Part shown: positions 1 through 13,255 of the stretch, piece by piece
How positions within the stretch are numbered: position 1 is the stretch's first letter
Layout of the letters: each line of letters opens with the position of its first letter
DNA from: Geosiphon pyriformis uo1
Taxonomy: Eukaryota > Fungi > Glomeromycota
Length of the DNA: 64,000 bases
Assembly: GCA_016748015.1 (NCBI GenBank)
Contig: JAAOMT010000594.1
Location: forward strand, 1 to 64,000
Direction of reading: 5' to 3'
The notes under the pieces: generated by a model
The model's input: the letters and a program-made list of their open reading frames with translations, nothing else
Told to the model about the DNA's origin: nothing
Databases searched by the model: none
Position numbers and translations under genes: made by a program

Positions 1-544
1 ATGTGTATTTGATGATTTATATTCACATTTTTATTTTTTTTTATTTGGAAATATTTTTTTTTGTAAAATAAAATAACAAAAAAATTTAATTAGTGAAATT
101 AATTAGTTTATACTTTTGATTCCAAAAAAAACAAAGGTTCGCCATACTTGAAGGAATGTTTAAATGGGTTGTTCAATTAACTTAGATTTATTGTAAACAT
201 TAGCTCTTTGTGATGTATGGCAAAGTGCAAGATCCAAAGTTTGGCAATTACGTGTTCTTTAATACATACAGTGGGTATTTACATTAAATCATTGATCATC
301 CAACTTTTAACCTATTCAGTTAAACAAAGAAATCAACCAAACTCTTATTTATTAACTGGTTAACCAGAGTCAGGAGCACGTGGACAAATATTAATTGTTG
401 ACACTGTTGGATTTTACATACTTTAAATTTGCGAACTCGAAGCTCAAACTAAACATTTACCAAAGTCGTTTAAAAGACCGAGGTTTCAAACTGGCAGGAT
501 TGTTTTATAAGAGGTCGCTTCATGCAAAGCAAAAACCTTCTGAC

Positions 545-3500
545 ATGGATTACCTCAAAATTACCAAGGTTTAACCAATTCAGTACTGGTAGATTCGATG
601 ATGGGAAATGATTTCAACAGACTACTTGAATGAAATTTGAAATTTTAACCAAAACGAACAACCTATGACAGGTCGAGGATGTGCAGTTGGAAAAACGACA
701 GTCGACCAGAGTTGGTACTTTACACCTCACAACTCACCAATTAATTTTTCGTCACCCACAAGAAGAATTATGGGTAGGTAACTTGTTATTTACTTTTAAT
801 TAAACGTAATTAAGGAACACTTTATTATGAATTTTTGGCTTTTTTACTTTGCTAGTAACGGTGAATTCGTCATTACCACTTTTGATACATTATTTTTCTT
901 ATCATACACTTTTAAACTGAGATTTTTAAAACCTCGACCATTATTTTAGACCTCTTATTATAACTCCTTATTCTTGGATTGCTACTTTATTATTCAATCT
1001 TCGTCTTATAAAAATATTTTTTTATGGTCTAATTTTCATAGTAATCATATTTCAGAAATCATTGCCTTATTGATCCTATCATAATTCTGGAATTTCTCAC
1101 ATTGGGCTATGTAAAATTTTCATTAAAATTATGGAATTCTTGTCCGCATGTGTAGATATCGTATCCAATAATTCACACTGTTGAGCGTCGTCCTCAAGCG
1201 TCCAATGGCCTCTGGCCCTTGATCATTCGCTGCCGGGATTTCTTGTTTGTTACCCTATCCGTACCAAATGAAAGAGAAGCAATTGACGTATTCGAAAGCA
1301 TACAAAAATTGACATGCATCAGTACGTTTTATGAGTCAGTCGATTTTTTTATCATAACTTCCTAAAATATGTGCAGTTGGCCAGATTATGCGCTATTTCT
1401 CTATTTACTTTTTTTTGTCACCTATATTTTCGGAGAAGGCTCTATAGAACAACTTTACGCTTTCTTTTATAAACCTCAATCACTTGGTTCCAGTGATGGC
1501 TGGAGCATTTATGATCCCGAAAAAGAATTCGATCGGATGGGGGTTGGAAGCACGACTCGTGCTTGGAGATTCTCCACGGTTAATCGGAGCTATAGTGTAC
1601 GAAATAATTGATATCAATTTTTTTGATAATTGCTCTTAAATTATAATAACCTCTTGTTTTGAAACCTAGTTCTGCTCAACCTACCCAAGAACCTTGGTAG
1701 TTCCTCAAAAAATAAGCGATAATGTTTTAACACATGCCTGCAAATTTCGAAGTAAATGTCGAATACCTACTTTGAGCTATCTGCATTGGTCCAATATGGT
1801 ATACATACAAAAATTTAATGGTTATCATTTCCTTTGTCTAAATATAGTATTTCCTAAATTGATAAATTTAATATCAGGCTTCAATAACGCGCTCGAGTCA
1901 GCCTATGGTTGGCTTGAAACAAAATCGGTCCATTCAGGACGAAAAACTCATAGAAGCCATTTTTCAATCGAATGCTCTTCCTCCTACACCCACAGGACAG
2001 CTTGTATATGGATCTACTGCCACAAATTTGATTGTAGACGCTAGACCCACTGCTAATGCTATGGCTAACGTGGCTATAGGAGCAGGAACGGAGAATATGG
2101 ACCATTACAAAAATTGCTCAAAACAATATATGGGAATTGAAAATATTCATGTAATGAGGGAGAGTTTGGGGAGATTAGTAGAAGGTCAGTACAAAGGCCT
2201 GGCCGAGGCGGAATTACAAGTTGTAAATAATAAACCAATCAATTGATTTCATCCTTACAATATTTTGATTTAATTTGTCCTGTCTTAACAGTTATTCAAA
2301 CAGCGGATGCACAAGGGATACCCGTGAAAAAATATCATTTACATAAGTCCAGCTGGTTAAGATACATCAGTAGCCTTCTGGAATCATCACTCCTCATCAT
2401 TAAAAATATTCATGTCAACAATTCTCATGTTCTCGTGCATTGCTCAGATGGTTGGGATCGCACTGCTCAACTCACTTCCATATCAGAATTATGCTTGGAT
2501 CCTTATTATCGTACATTACGGGGATTTCAAATTTTAATCGAGAAGGATTGGATCTCGTTTGGTCACAAGTTCAGCGATAGATCAGGGCACCTTTCAAATG
2601 AAAGATACTTTATCACATCCAGTGCTAACGCAGCTAATAACGCTTTTAATTCTATGCAAAATAAGCTGTATAAGCAATCTCACGTGAGAGAAACTTCTCC
2701 AGTGTTTCATCAGTTTCTCGATTGTGTCTACCAAATTTTCGCACAACATCCTGAAAGATTCGAATTTAACGAAAATCTCCTGATCCAGCTCCATTATCAC
2801 CTTTACTCCTGTCAGTATGGGACATTCCTTTTTAATTCTGAAAAAGAAAGAAATGACTACAAAGTAGCGACTCTAACATATTCGATCTGGGATTACATTA
2901 ATTCCAACCGGAAGAATTTTTTAAATCCCTTATACGATGAAGGGAAAAAAGACAAAGAAGAAATGGGAGACCAGGGAGTACTCTTTCCTGAATCTGATTG
3001 GAAGAAGCTCAAGTATTGGGCCGGTCTTTTCGGAAAACGCGATGAAGAATTAAATGGTGAAGAACTTATTGACGACGGAAATTCCGTTGCTGCCAAGTCT
3101 CTTTGGAGATCCGATAGTCCTTTACCTCGTTCTACCTCACCTGTCAGCAATGATCCTTCAAGGAATTTTGAAAGTTCCATTAACTCAAGATTTTCCTTGA
3201 ATGAAAACAGTCCAAACATGACAACATCACGTTCTCTTAAAAGTCTTACTCTTGAGTTGGAAGATCCGTGGCGTGATGAAGTAACTTCTAACGAACAAGC
3301 TCTATGGGATGAAGATTCAAAGCCGTTGCTTCACACAGAAAGTAGTAATGAGCTTAATGCGCTTGTTCAAAATTTAGCAAGGATTACTTTTAACTTTGGG
3401 GCACAAGCCTATTCCAATGTGGCCAACATATTGGATGGCGCTAGTGGGAATACTTTGACTGGGACAAATGATACACATATTGAATCAAACGTCAGTAGAT

Positions 3501-3895
3501 CTCAGATACCTTATAACCATGAAGAGAACAGGTGGGATGCAATATTCAAAAAACTAATTCTCATGTATAAAATCCTTATGCTTATTATATTATTATTCCA
3601 TTTCTTTATATTCTGTTTTCTTAGAGTAAGTACTCGGGAAATGGTTTCATTTGCTTCCATGACAAAAAATAACAATACAAATACACCTCCATCCTCGATG
3701 TCTGTGAGTCCAACATCTTCAATAAGAACTTGGAATACTTTATCGACGACTACTGGATTCCCTGCTTTATCCTTTAAATCTCGAGAAAATAAAAGGCACT
3801 CCTTATCCGCAAGCGAAATCTTAAGCTCTGCAACAACGACCCCTCCGATATCACCACAGGGTGAACCTCATCCATTATTCCTTTATGATTCATAA
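545..3895 (+). CDS. YMR1: Myotubularin-family phosphoinositide 3-phosphatase (Ymr1/MTMR6-7-like), 8 exons
   Basis: Hand-spliced exons 545-568, 672-773, 1156-1321, 1439-1596, 1670-1798, 1878-2184, 2292-3531, 3625-3895, all GT-AG and frame-consistent. N-terminus MDYLKITKVEDVQLE...GTLHLTTHQLIF resembles Ymr1. Also RSSQPMVG, IVDARP, GIENIHVMRESL, intact CX5R loop VHCSDGWDRTAQ, and SPVFHQFLDCV. Confidence 0.95.
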
Positions 3896-4435
3896 TAACC
3901 ACTATGGTAGTATAATATTCATCACGAGTATTTTGAAATGTATACCCAACAAAAATTGGGCAATACTCATAACGATGGTTTCGAGAATAATTAATTAGAT
4001 GTACACTATACGAGATAGTAATGAATTGACCGCAGACATTTTTTAGTGGACGATTCTTTCAATTTTTTTAGATCCACTAATCTTGTTTTTGCTATTCCTT
4101 GTAGAATATTTATTTTATATATACAGTATAAAAAGTATAGAAATTCCATATCGGCATTTAAATATAGAAAAAATGTTTTTGGTATTTACCCGAAAGATGT
4201 TCTGCTTTTGATCATCCAGATCAATGATAAACAAAACTTACGTATTTCGGTCTTTATACTTTTGATGACATAAAGTAATATTAAATAAAATTATTGTTAG
4301 TTGAAATTTGAATCCAAAAAAAGTTTATTGTTTTAAATTAATTTAAATATGATAATTAAATGATACGATACTTTGAATTTTGTAATAATTAAATTTTGTA
4401 AAATCAAAATTATTAAAATTCCAAATAATATTACT

Positions 4436-4457
4436 TATATATATATATATATATATA
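4436..4457. repeat. (TA)n microsatellite at the gene/TE boundary
   Basis: About 11 TA units seen directly. Confidence 0.9.
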
Positions 4458-4849
4458 CATACATAACTTATAATTTTTTAAAAATTTATTAATTAATAGC
4501 TTAAAAATTTTAATACTTGAAATAAATTTCTTTTATAAATAATAAATTTAATTATTTTAAAGTTAATTACATACATTATATTATCAAATATCACAAAACT
4601 AAAAAATCAATAACCAATATCTGTATATGTATATTTCATTTTTTAACAAAATTGTTAATGATTAAATTTTTCCTAGCTATATTTAATATGTAAACAAAAA
4701 AATAATCTGAAGTTTTTCTTTTTTTATATTAAATATACAGTTTACTTAAATAATATTTATTATAATGCTTTTTTTTATTATTGTTAACAATTTCTTTTAA
4801 AAAACTTTAATAAAATATGTGCACAAATTAACAGACTTATAATTTACAA

Positions 4850-5680
4850 AACCAAACTTTATATGTTTATTAAGATATTATACTTATATTAAACAAAACT
4901 AATTAATATCTTTTATTACATCGCAATTAATAAACATAATTATACAAGATATTTTCCATAAAATTTTATTTACAAACTTAAAAAACAATTTAACTATATA
5001 TTAAACATTTTTTAATACTATAATATTTTATATTTTAATAAATTGACTTTTTATTTATATTAACAAAAACAAAATAAATTTTGCAAGAATTTTTGGTAAC
5101 AAATTAACAATTTTATTATTAATTATTTTAAAGTGTTTTAAATTTTTTTTTAATATTATTAATAATATATTTCTTATTAATTTAATATTTATTATAATAG
5201 TTTAAAATATTTAACAAATTTAAAGCTATTTAATTATCTAAAATAATTTATTATTATTATTATTATTAATTAAAATTTTATTTAAAACCAAAACAATTTT
5301 TTAAAGCTTTATTATATTAAATAATACAAATTATTAATTTCAATATTTAAACCAAAATTTAAATTAAAAAAATAAGTTACAATATTATTTAAAATTTTAA
5401 AAAAACCAAAATTTTTAATAATTTATTAATATATATATAAAAATTTAATATATTAATACCAAATAGATTTTTTTTAACTTTTACAAAATTTAAAACAATT
5501 ATTAGAAAAAATTATATTTAAAAATTAAATTTTATTAATATTATTTTTTAAAAATTCAATATTTTATTAAATTAAGCAAATATAAAATTATATAAATTAA
5601 GTTTAATAATATATATAATAACAGAATCAATTAGATTATGACAAATTATAAATTAACAAATAAATATATATTTTTATTTT
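4850..5680 (+). mobile_element. Severely eroded LINE ORF2 (RT) fragment
   Basis: 5600-5670 matches the RT relic at 13770-13830, which aligns to the young LINE at about 22370-22430. The 5' boundary is a guess. Confidence 0.45.
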
Positions 5681-8600
5681 TATTAAGTTTTATGAATATA
5701 GTTCAATTACTATTTAATATATAGAATTAACCTAAGTAATTTTAATTAAATACAATTCATACATTTGCTATATATAACTAACTACTTAGACTAATTTAGA
5801 AAATACTAAATATTTATATATACAACCAAACTATTATTAATGCCAAAATAAAATATATAAGACATATGCTTATCAAAACTTACTGTTATTAACTTAATAA
5901 TATTAAATATGTAAATTATTTTATCTAATAAACTTAAATGTGAAATATTAACCATTTTTGGTATTATACCATTATTACTTATCAATTCAACTCTCTTTGT
6001 TTTTAATTTAAGCTTGATTTTAATTGATTATATTTTGTAGTAGCAGTGTTTAACCAATTAACAAAAAAATATTATTAATGTAAAAATTGTTTTTTTTCTA
6101 TTATTATATATTGCCAAAACATTTTTAAGCCAATTTTTAAGAACAAAATTTTTGTAAAGTATTGTATACAATCTAATGTCTAAGAGACAAAAAAAATTGC
6201 AATACAAAAAAAGACATAGACATTATTTTATTAGTTAAAAATTTTTAAAACTTAATATAATCTATAATTAATTCTTTTTGTTGGTCTGTATTATTTGAAC
6301 AGATAAATAAATAATCGAAAAATTCCACTTTTTCACAAAATAAACACAAAATACTTAAGTACAACTTGTTATATAGTTTTTTTTAAACAACAATTAAAAG
6401 TTTTCTATAAATAATCTTTATTATATAAATTCAAAGACCAAGTATGATTCTATTAGTAAAACCAACCAATATATAAGAATTGAAATGCCAAACCAAAACT
6501 GTGCAAATCTAATTAATTTTACAAATAAGAGATTAAGCAACAATTTTTGTATCAAATTTTACTTTTTAATATACATAAACAATTTTTTTGTAAATATCTT
6601 AAACAAAATAATAAATATTACCAAATATTACTAATTTATTAACTAATAAATATCTTTTCGAAATTCCAACAAAAAAAATAAAGAAGAATCAATAATTATT
6701 TCAGCCAACTTATTAGCTTAATTATTACTAAAAACACTCAAATAACTTTTAATCTTTAATTAAACTACCAAAATATTTTTGTTTTTATTAAATTAACAAC
6801 ATAATGTCTCTTTATTCAACACTAATTGCAAAAATTTAGGTTAAACAAACTGAGTTCCAAATTACATATATCAATAGTTATTTAATTGTTTAGATACAAG
6901 ATTATAATATTAAAAAAAGGCACATATTTTAAAGCTAAAACAATAATTTGCAGCTTAATTATTATAGAAGACATTATTTCAAAAATTCCAAAATCAATAC
7001 CTATGTTTATATTAAAAAAGTATACAGCTATTCTTCCAGTTATTCTTAACAAACCAAAATTATTTAATAAGCTATCAATATATATATTAAAAATATTAAT
7101 TCAAATTTTATGCAAAAAATTTCTTACCAATTCAAAACCATCCAAATTCAAGATATTATAAAACAAAAAACCAGAAACAGCTGTATTATATCTAATAGCA
7201 AATACTATTTTACCTAAAAAACTAGATACTATAATAAACCAAAATAAAATGGAACTTTTTGGATTTAGTTTTTTCCAATAATAAAAGATTTTTTAAATTA
7301 TTAACACTCCATGTTTATTCAAAAATTAGTTGTCAAAAGCAATATTAAAATACTTTAAAGAATATATTACTCTAAAATAAATTATTTTTTTTAAAATATC
7401 AAATATTAAGAATTTGTTTGGATTGTAGAAAAAATTTGGCAAATTGTTTATTAATAAAAACTTATTACCAGAAATATTTTTATTACTTTAATAAGAAAAT
7501 TGTTCATAAAACTAACTTTTAACTTAACAGAATGCTGCAAAAAATTAGCTGAAGCTTAGTCTAAAGTTTGTAAATTCAAAAAATAATAATAATAAAAATG
7601 GCTAAAAATATCTTCAGAATTTGCAAACATAATAATCAAAGCCACTTTTATTTTAGCTTGCAATTGCTTAAATAATTTCAAATTGTATAATAATGAATAG
7701 TGTAATATTTTATTTGAAAAGTTCTTAGACAATTTTGTTTTTAGCTTTAATTTTTTTTTAATTATAACATCTTACTTATAGCAAATATTAAATAAAACAA
7801 AACTAAACTGTATACAATAACTAATTATAGAATACAAAATTATTAAAACCAAATAACAAAACTGCTTATTTAAAATTATTTTTCTCAAAACTACATTTGC
7901 AAAAAACTTAATATTAAAATAAGTTTTAGCCAAACTGGCTTAAATAAACTTTTAATAAAAAGCAAAATTCTCAAGTATTAATATAATTTGCTTTTTTTTG
8001 TAATTAATATAAAATATCTATTAATTCTTAATAAAACATTTTTTATCTTTTGATTAATAAAAATAATCACTGTTTTATTATTATTTATTAAAATATTATT
8101 GATACCAAAAAATTCACTAAAAATATTTAAAATGTATTGAATAGAAATTTGACTGTTTTTTATCTAAATAGTGTTATTAATAAAAGTTCTAGCTATAAAA
8201 AATAATGTTTTTTCCTTTTTGTTTTCTATTTTGCCAAACTTAATTACAAATTTTATATTTATTTAGTACTTACACAAATATTTATGTCTTTTAATTATAT
8301 ATATATAAAAATTGTAAAGAATCTTTTAAAAAAAAAATGAAAAAACTTTGCCTTAATCTAATATATTATATACACAATAGTCATATAAAAGCCCAAAATC
8401 TGTTTTAATATATGCTGTTAAAAAAACTAATAAATTATTCACATATTTTAATGTGCCTTAAGCTAGTTTTTAAATAGTGCCAATTTATTAAGTTGTATGT
8501 TTTATATATGTTCTATAAGACTAATCACAATTTTTTATTTTTTTTCAAAGCATTTTTAACAACTAAGCCAATTATAAACACAAAAAATTGAATTAATATA

Positions 8601-8903
8601 TCTTTTAATATTGAAAAATTGTTTTTATAAAAAACATTAAATTTGTTTTACATAAAAAAAATCCAGTCCAATAAAATTTTACAAAATTTTTTTGGCTGTC
8701 TTTATTAATTCTATTGATTTGATATTAGTTAATATATTATTTAATTTATAAGACTTTGAAATTATAAAAACTTAAGCTTTTTTCCATAAAATAAAAACTG
8801 CATTAATGTTTAAATAAAAATTTAGCATAATTAAAAAACAATCTATGATTTTTGTACTATAATATTTTTATAATTTATTAAAGATATTTAACAAATTAAT
8901 AGT
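5670..8903 (-). mobile_element. Eroded LINE relic (RT, RNase H, 3' UTR)
   Basis: Reverse complement of 6700-6950 aligns to the RNase H region 23850-24100; rc of 8660-8903 aligns to RT 21878-22120; rc of 5740-5815 matches the 3' UTR and stem-loop at 25000-25065. Confidence 0.85.
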
Positions 8904-11355
8904 TATTACTTATAGAAAAAAGTACAAAAAAAGATAAAAAAAAACAGATTATAAGATAGACTAATAAGAGAATAGTACTTAATGAGTATGCATATTTTTA
9001 GGAAATTATAGCACATTTTTAGAAATATATATAATCTCAAAAAATAAGCATATTTTTAAGAAATCACAGTATATTTTCAGAAATAAGCACATTTTTAAAA
9101 AGTAATATAAAAAAAATAGAAATATGTAATATTTTGTATAACATAAATTATGTATATATAGCAAAAGTATTAAAACCAAAAAAAAATAGAACAGTTAAAA
9201 AAAAGTAACTAGCAATAAGTATTTATTAATTATCTTTTTATTTAAAAGATAATTTTTTATAACTTGAAGTAAAATTATATTTATATCAATAAAATATCTT
9301 TTATTATCTAATTTATGTTGTCATTGCTTGATTAAAAAATATTAATTACTTTTATACTATTAACAATCTATGTTAATAGAATTCAATATTTAATCATACT
9401 AAATCAATAGCTCTTGATTAAAGCTATTAATAAAATATTAATTTATTATTATTATTTTTTTTTCTTTAATTTTTTTTGTTTGTTTTCTTTGTTGTTTACT
9501 AATTAATTAAGATTAAGCACTAAGTAATTAATGTCAAGAATAGTCTGGTAAAAGACCTATAAAACAAAAATAAAAATAGCTTACCAGAAGAGCATAATTG
9601 TCAAAATAAATTAGCCACTACACTAAAGACAGAAATTGAAGAAAATTATTAATTAAATTTTTGTTTATTATACAAAAAACTCAACTAAAACTTTCAGACT
9701 TCAAAACTTTAAAACTTTAAAACTTTTATAAAATACTATTATACTTAGCTATTAAATACCAAGTTATGAATCTGTTATTTGTTTTAACACCCCAAATAAT
9801 TACCTGTAATATTTAGTGCTTCTTGTAAAATATAATTTAACAAAAAACTAACATTAATATTAATTATTCAGAAAAATAGCAGACCAAAAAATCATAAGAG
9901 AAAATTATTTAAAATTTGCAAAATTCTTATTCTAATATTACCAAACTTATCTTAAACTAACAAATAATTATTGGTCAACAGAATCAGCTTTCAACTTTTA
10001 TGTAAATAAAAAAATTATATACTACTTAAAAGGCCAAAAAAATCCAGAAACCATTATTAAAAATTTTATAGTAAGCTATTACAATATACCAGTCTTTTAT
10101 AAAATTATAGTTTTATCTTAATAATCACAGAAATAAATTTTAAAATTGAAATTTATACCAAACAGAGATTTTTTATTACTTTTATTAACAAAGAAAAAAA
10201 AAAGCTACAAACTTCAACAAAAACTCCAAAAAATACAACTGCTTATCTAGAAAAAACCAAGAGTTATTTTATCTATTAATCTATTATATTATTATATATC
10301 TAAAAGCACTATTTAAATAACATTAACAATTATATCTATGTTGAAAACATCATTATCATAAGTACTATTATAAAATAACCAGGAAAAAACCAAATTATTA
10401 AGAATCTACAATAATTTTTTTTAAAAATTTAAATTCCAATTAACAACTCTATTAAAACTTTAATCATTGCCACCCCAACCAAATTTCGAATCTATTAGTA
10501 ATTGGGCAGAAACCAAATCAAAAGAAGAAAAAAAAAACAACAATCAGAAAATTAATAATCAAAATCTGATTTCAAATAATCTAAAAATCCAAACTCTGAT
10601 TGTTCAAACTCAGCAAAACTCAAACAATTTAAACTTTATTTTTATTTTTTAACAAAACTTATCTTTAGTTATCTTAATTAATCAATTATCAGTAATACTA
10701 ATTGTTATTTATCAATAATTACAACAACAATTATTATTTGTATCAATAACATATGTATTTATTGCCAAATTAGAAAAATTTACTGGCAAAGAAAACAATG
10801 TTTAAGTATGACTAAATAATATAACCAAAGCTATTACAGCCAATAAATAGAATAATATTAGAGCTTTTCAAGCAATTCCCTACTTTTTATAAAATACAGC
10901 TAATTCATAGTACCAAAATCTAATAAACAAATCCCAAGATTTTGACATGTTTAAAACTGTGTTTTGATAATATTTTGACAATTATAACAACATTAATTAT
11001 CTGTTAACTAGTTTTATTACAATTAAACAAAATGATAATAAAACAGTTACTATTTATTTAGAATACTTTTATAGAAATCTGCACCAAATCCAAACAATCA
11101 ATGTTGATTACTTTACAGTACTACAGATTTTGAATCAGTTTATTTGTGGATTATGTAGTAGCCTTTTACAACAAGTATAACTATTGTACTCAAATACTTT
11201 TCAAAATACAGTTATATATGCCAGAGATTTTGAATCAGCTAAACTTAAAACCAATTATGTTCAAGTCATAAATCTAGTAATAAACAGATTATCTGAATTA
11301 AATACCAAATTAAAGCAATTTGGCAAAACAATTAATTAGAAAATTAAGAAATACT
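8904..11355 (+). mobile_element. Eroded Ty3/Gypsy 5' LTR (8904-9811), PBS and gag; 3'-truncated
   Basis: Starts TATTACTTATAG (= TGTTACTCATAG); TATA block at about 9150; ends ACCTGTAATA followed by TTTAGTGCTTCTTGT (PBS). 9875-11355 is collinear with gag at 39761-41340 (AKLEKFTGKENN, QAIPYFL, QILNQFICGL). Confidence 0.85.
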
Positions 11356-11909
11356 TAAAAAAACAATTAATTATATTTTTATTTTTTTAAATTTGGTCAA
11401 TATAGTAATTAGTTATATAGTTTTAAAAATTAGAAAATACTTTAATATTAATTATTAAGTTATTTTTATTTTAATAAATTAAATAATTTGTTGAATATAT
11501 AATTAAATTTTATTAAAAGACAAGTTAACAAAAATTAATAAAAGTTTAATATTATAAATACTAATATTTTAAATAAATTTGTTTTAAAAATATTATGCTA
11601 ATTAATATTGTTATATATTTTAATAAGTTTTTTACTTTTAAGAAATTTTTTAATTTAAATATAATATAGAATATTATTTAGAAGATTGTTTGTTTTTTAG
11701 ATAATAAAATGTTTATTAAAACATAATTTAAAAAATTTGATAATATTTTTATTAAGAATTTTTCTAAATTTTATAAGTTAATAAATTATTGAATATTATT
11801 TGATAATAATAAAGCTTTAAGTGTTCAAATAGTATTAAATTTAAGTATTAGTTATAATAATAATAGATATGTTTTATTTAATATAAAAAAGTTTTATTAT
11901 ATATCTAAC

Positions 11910-13255
11910 TTTGTTAAATTACAAAAAATCAAAGAATTAAAAATTAAATCTGTTATTATTAAGTAGATAAAAAACTTAGCCCAAAACAGTTTTACTCTAC
12001 CAAAGATAGACTTCATATGAAAGACAAATTTCAGATTATTATCAGAGTTAAAACCAACCACAGCACAGTGAATTCTATTACCAGTTTTTATAGATTTGTT
12101 TATAACACAAGTTTTCCTACCAGTTCTTTCTAAAAGAGTTCTAAGATTATATGCTGTTATTTCTACTGGCAAAGTAAACAAAAACATTTTGAACTGATCT
12201 CTTAATGCCCAAATCTCACGATTTTTTACAGCTTTGGCTATGCACACAGAATTTTTCTCAATTAGAAATAACCACTTTGAGGCCAACAGATTAGCTTGAT
12301 CTAATTTAGCAAACTCTATCACAGCTTTTTACCATATTCCAATTAATTGAAGTTTGATTGACTTAATTTCTCCAAATTCAGATACTGCAATGATAATCAT
12401 ATTTTTAAGTATATTCATGAGAATTTTCTTAATTACCACAGCCCAATCTGACCTTATTCTTTGTCTCTTAAGATTGCTGTTTATGTTAATTCCTTTTTTT
12501 CTGGCCAATAATGTAGCTATTTCTATGCTCTTTTCTGAAGTAAAGATAGATCTGATAATCCTCTTAAATTTTGAGAGGGTAGTGGCCCTCCCAAAACCAT
12601 TGACTGATGAAAAAAATTTTCTAACCAACTGAATTTTTGCCATTGCCAATTTCTCTTCCACAGCTGAGAGATTAATATTTAAAGCAAACAATTTTTTAAT
12701 TGACACTTCCACTGAAGTTTTAATAATTTTTGGGTCAATCTACTTTTTGTTAAAAGAGATGGGCAAGCGAAAAGAAAACAACTTTATCATTATTCATATT
12801 AAAATTGAAAGAACTAAATAGAGAGCCAAAAACAGCACCAGTATTAACTTATTTCATCTTGGATGTAGTAACAGCTAAGCTTAAAAGAAACTCATTATTT
12901 CTACTAAACATGCTAACATTTTTATTATCACTAGATAAACTTTTCACATTAGAATATATATTATCACTAGACTCAGATTTACTTAAGAAGATGTACCTTT
13001 CATTACCAGAGTGTTTAACATTTCCAAGGAAAATTTTTTTTTTCTGAGAAAAAAAACCACCAGCAAAACCATGAAAAGCACCCTTGGGTGCCTTCTTCTT
13101 AGACATAATGCTACTTATAAAAGCCTTCAAATTTATGAAAAATGGGTTATTATTAAGTAAAAAAATATTAATATAAACTAACAAAAAAAAATAAAAAACT
13201 TTTTTTTTAGAAAATGTGCTCTTTGAAAATTTTTGGAAATAAAAGAGAAAAAAAT
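11910..13255 (-). mobile_element. LINE 5' UTR plus ORF1 fragment, 3'-truncated pseudogene
   Basis: ORFs 12849-13184, 12329-12712 and 11897-12322 are homologous to ORF1 18458-20320 (FALNINLSAVEEK, AVSEFGEIKSIKLQLIGIW); 5' end resembles 18326-18390. Confidence 0.92.

Noticed and set aside
1-540. Possible divergent gene upstream of the myotubularin
   Set aside because: A minus-strand donor-like site near 147 has stops in all frames upstream; unsupported.
6886-7161. 91-aa ORF with a homologue near 60350, first suspected to be a DNA transposon
   Set aside because: The opposite strand aligns to LINE RNase H; both are LINE relics.
8900-8903. CpG-centred target site for the 8904 LTR
   Set aside because: Flank TAGT cannot derive from nCGn by transitions and the other flank is lost; kept as a counter-example.
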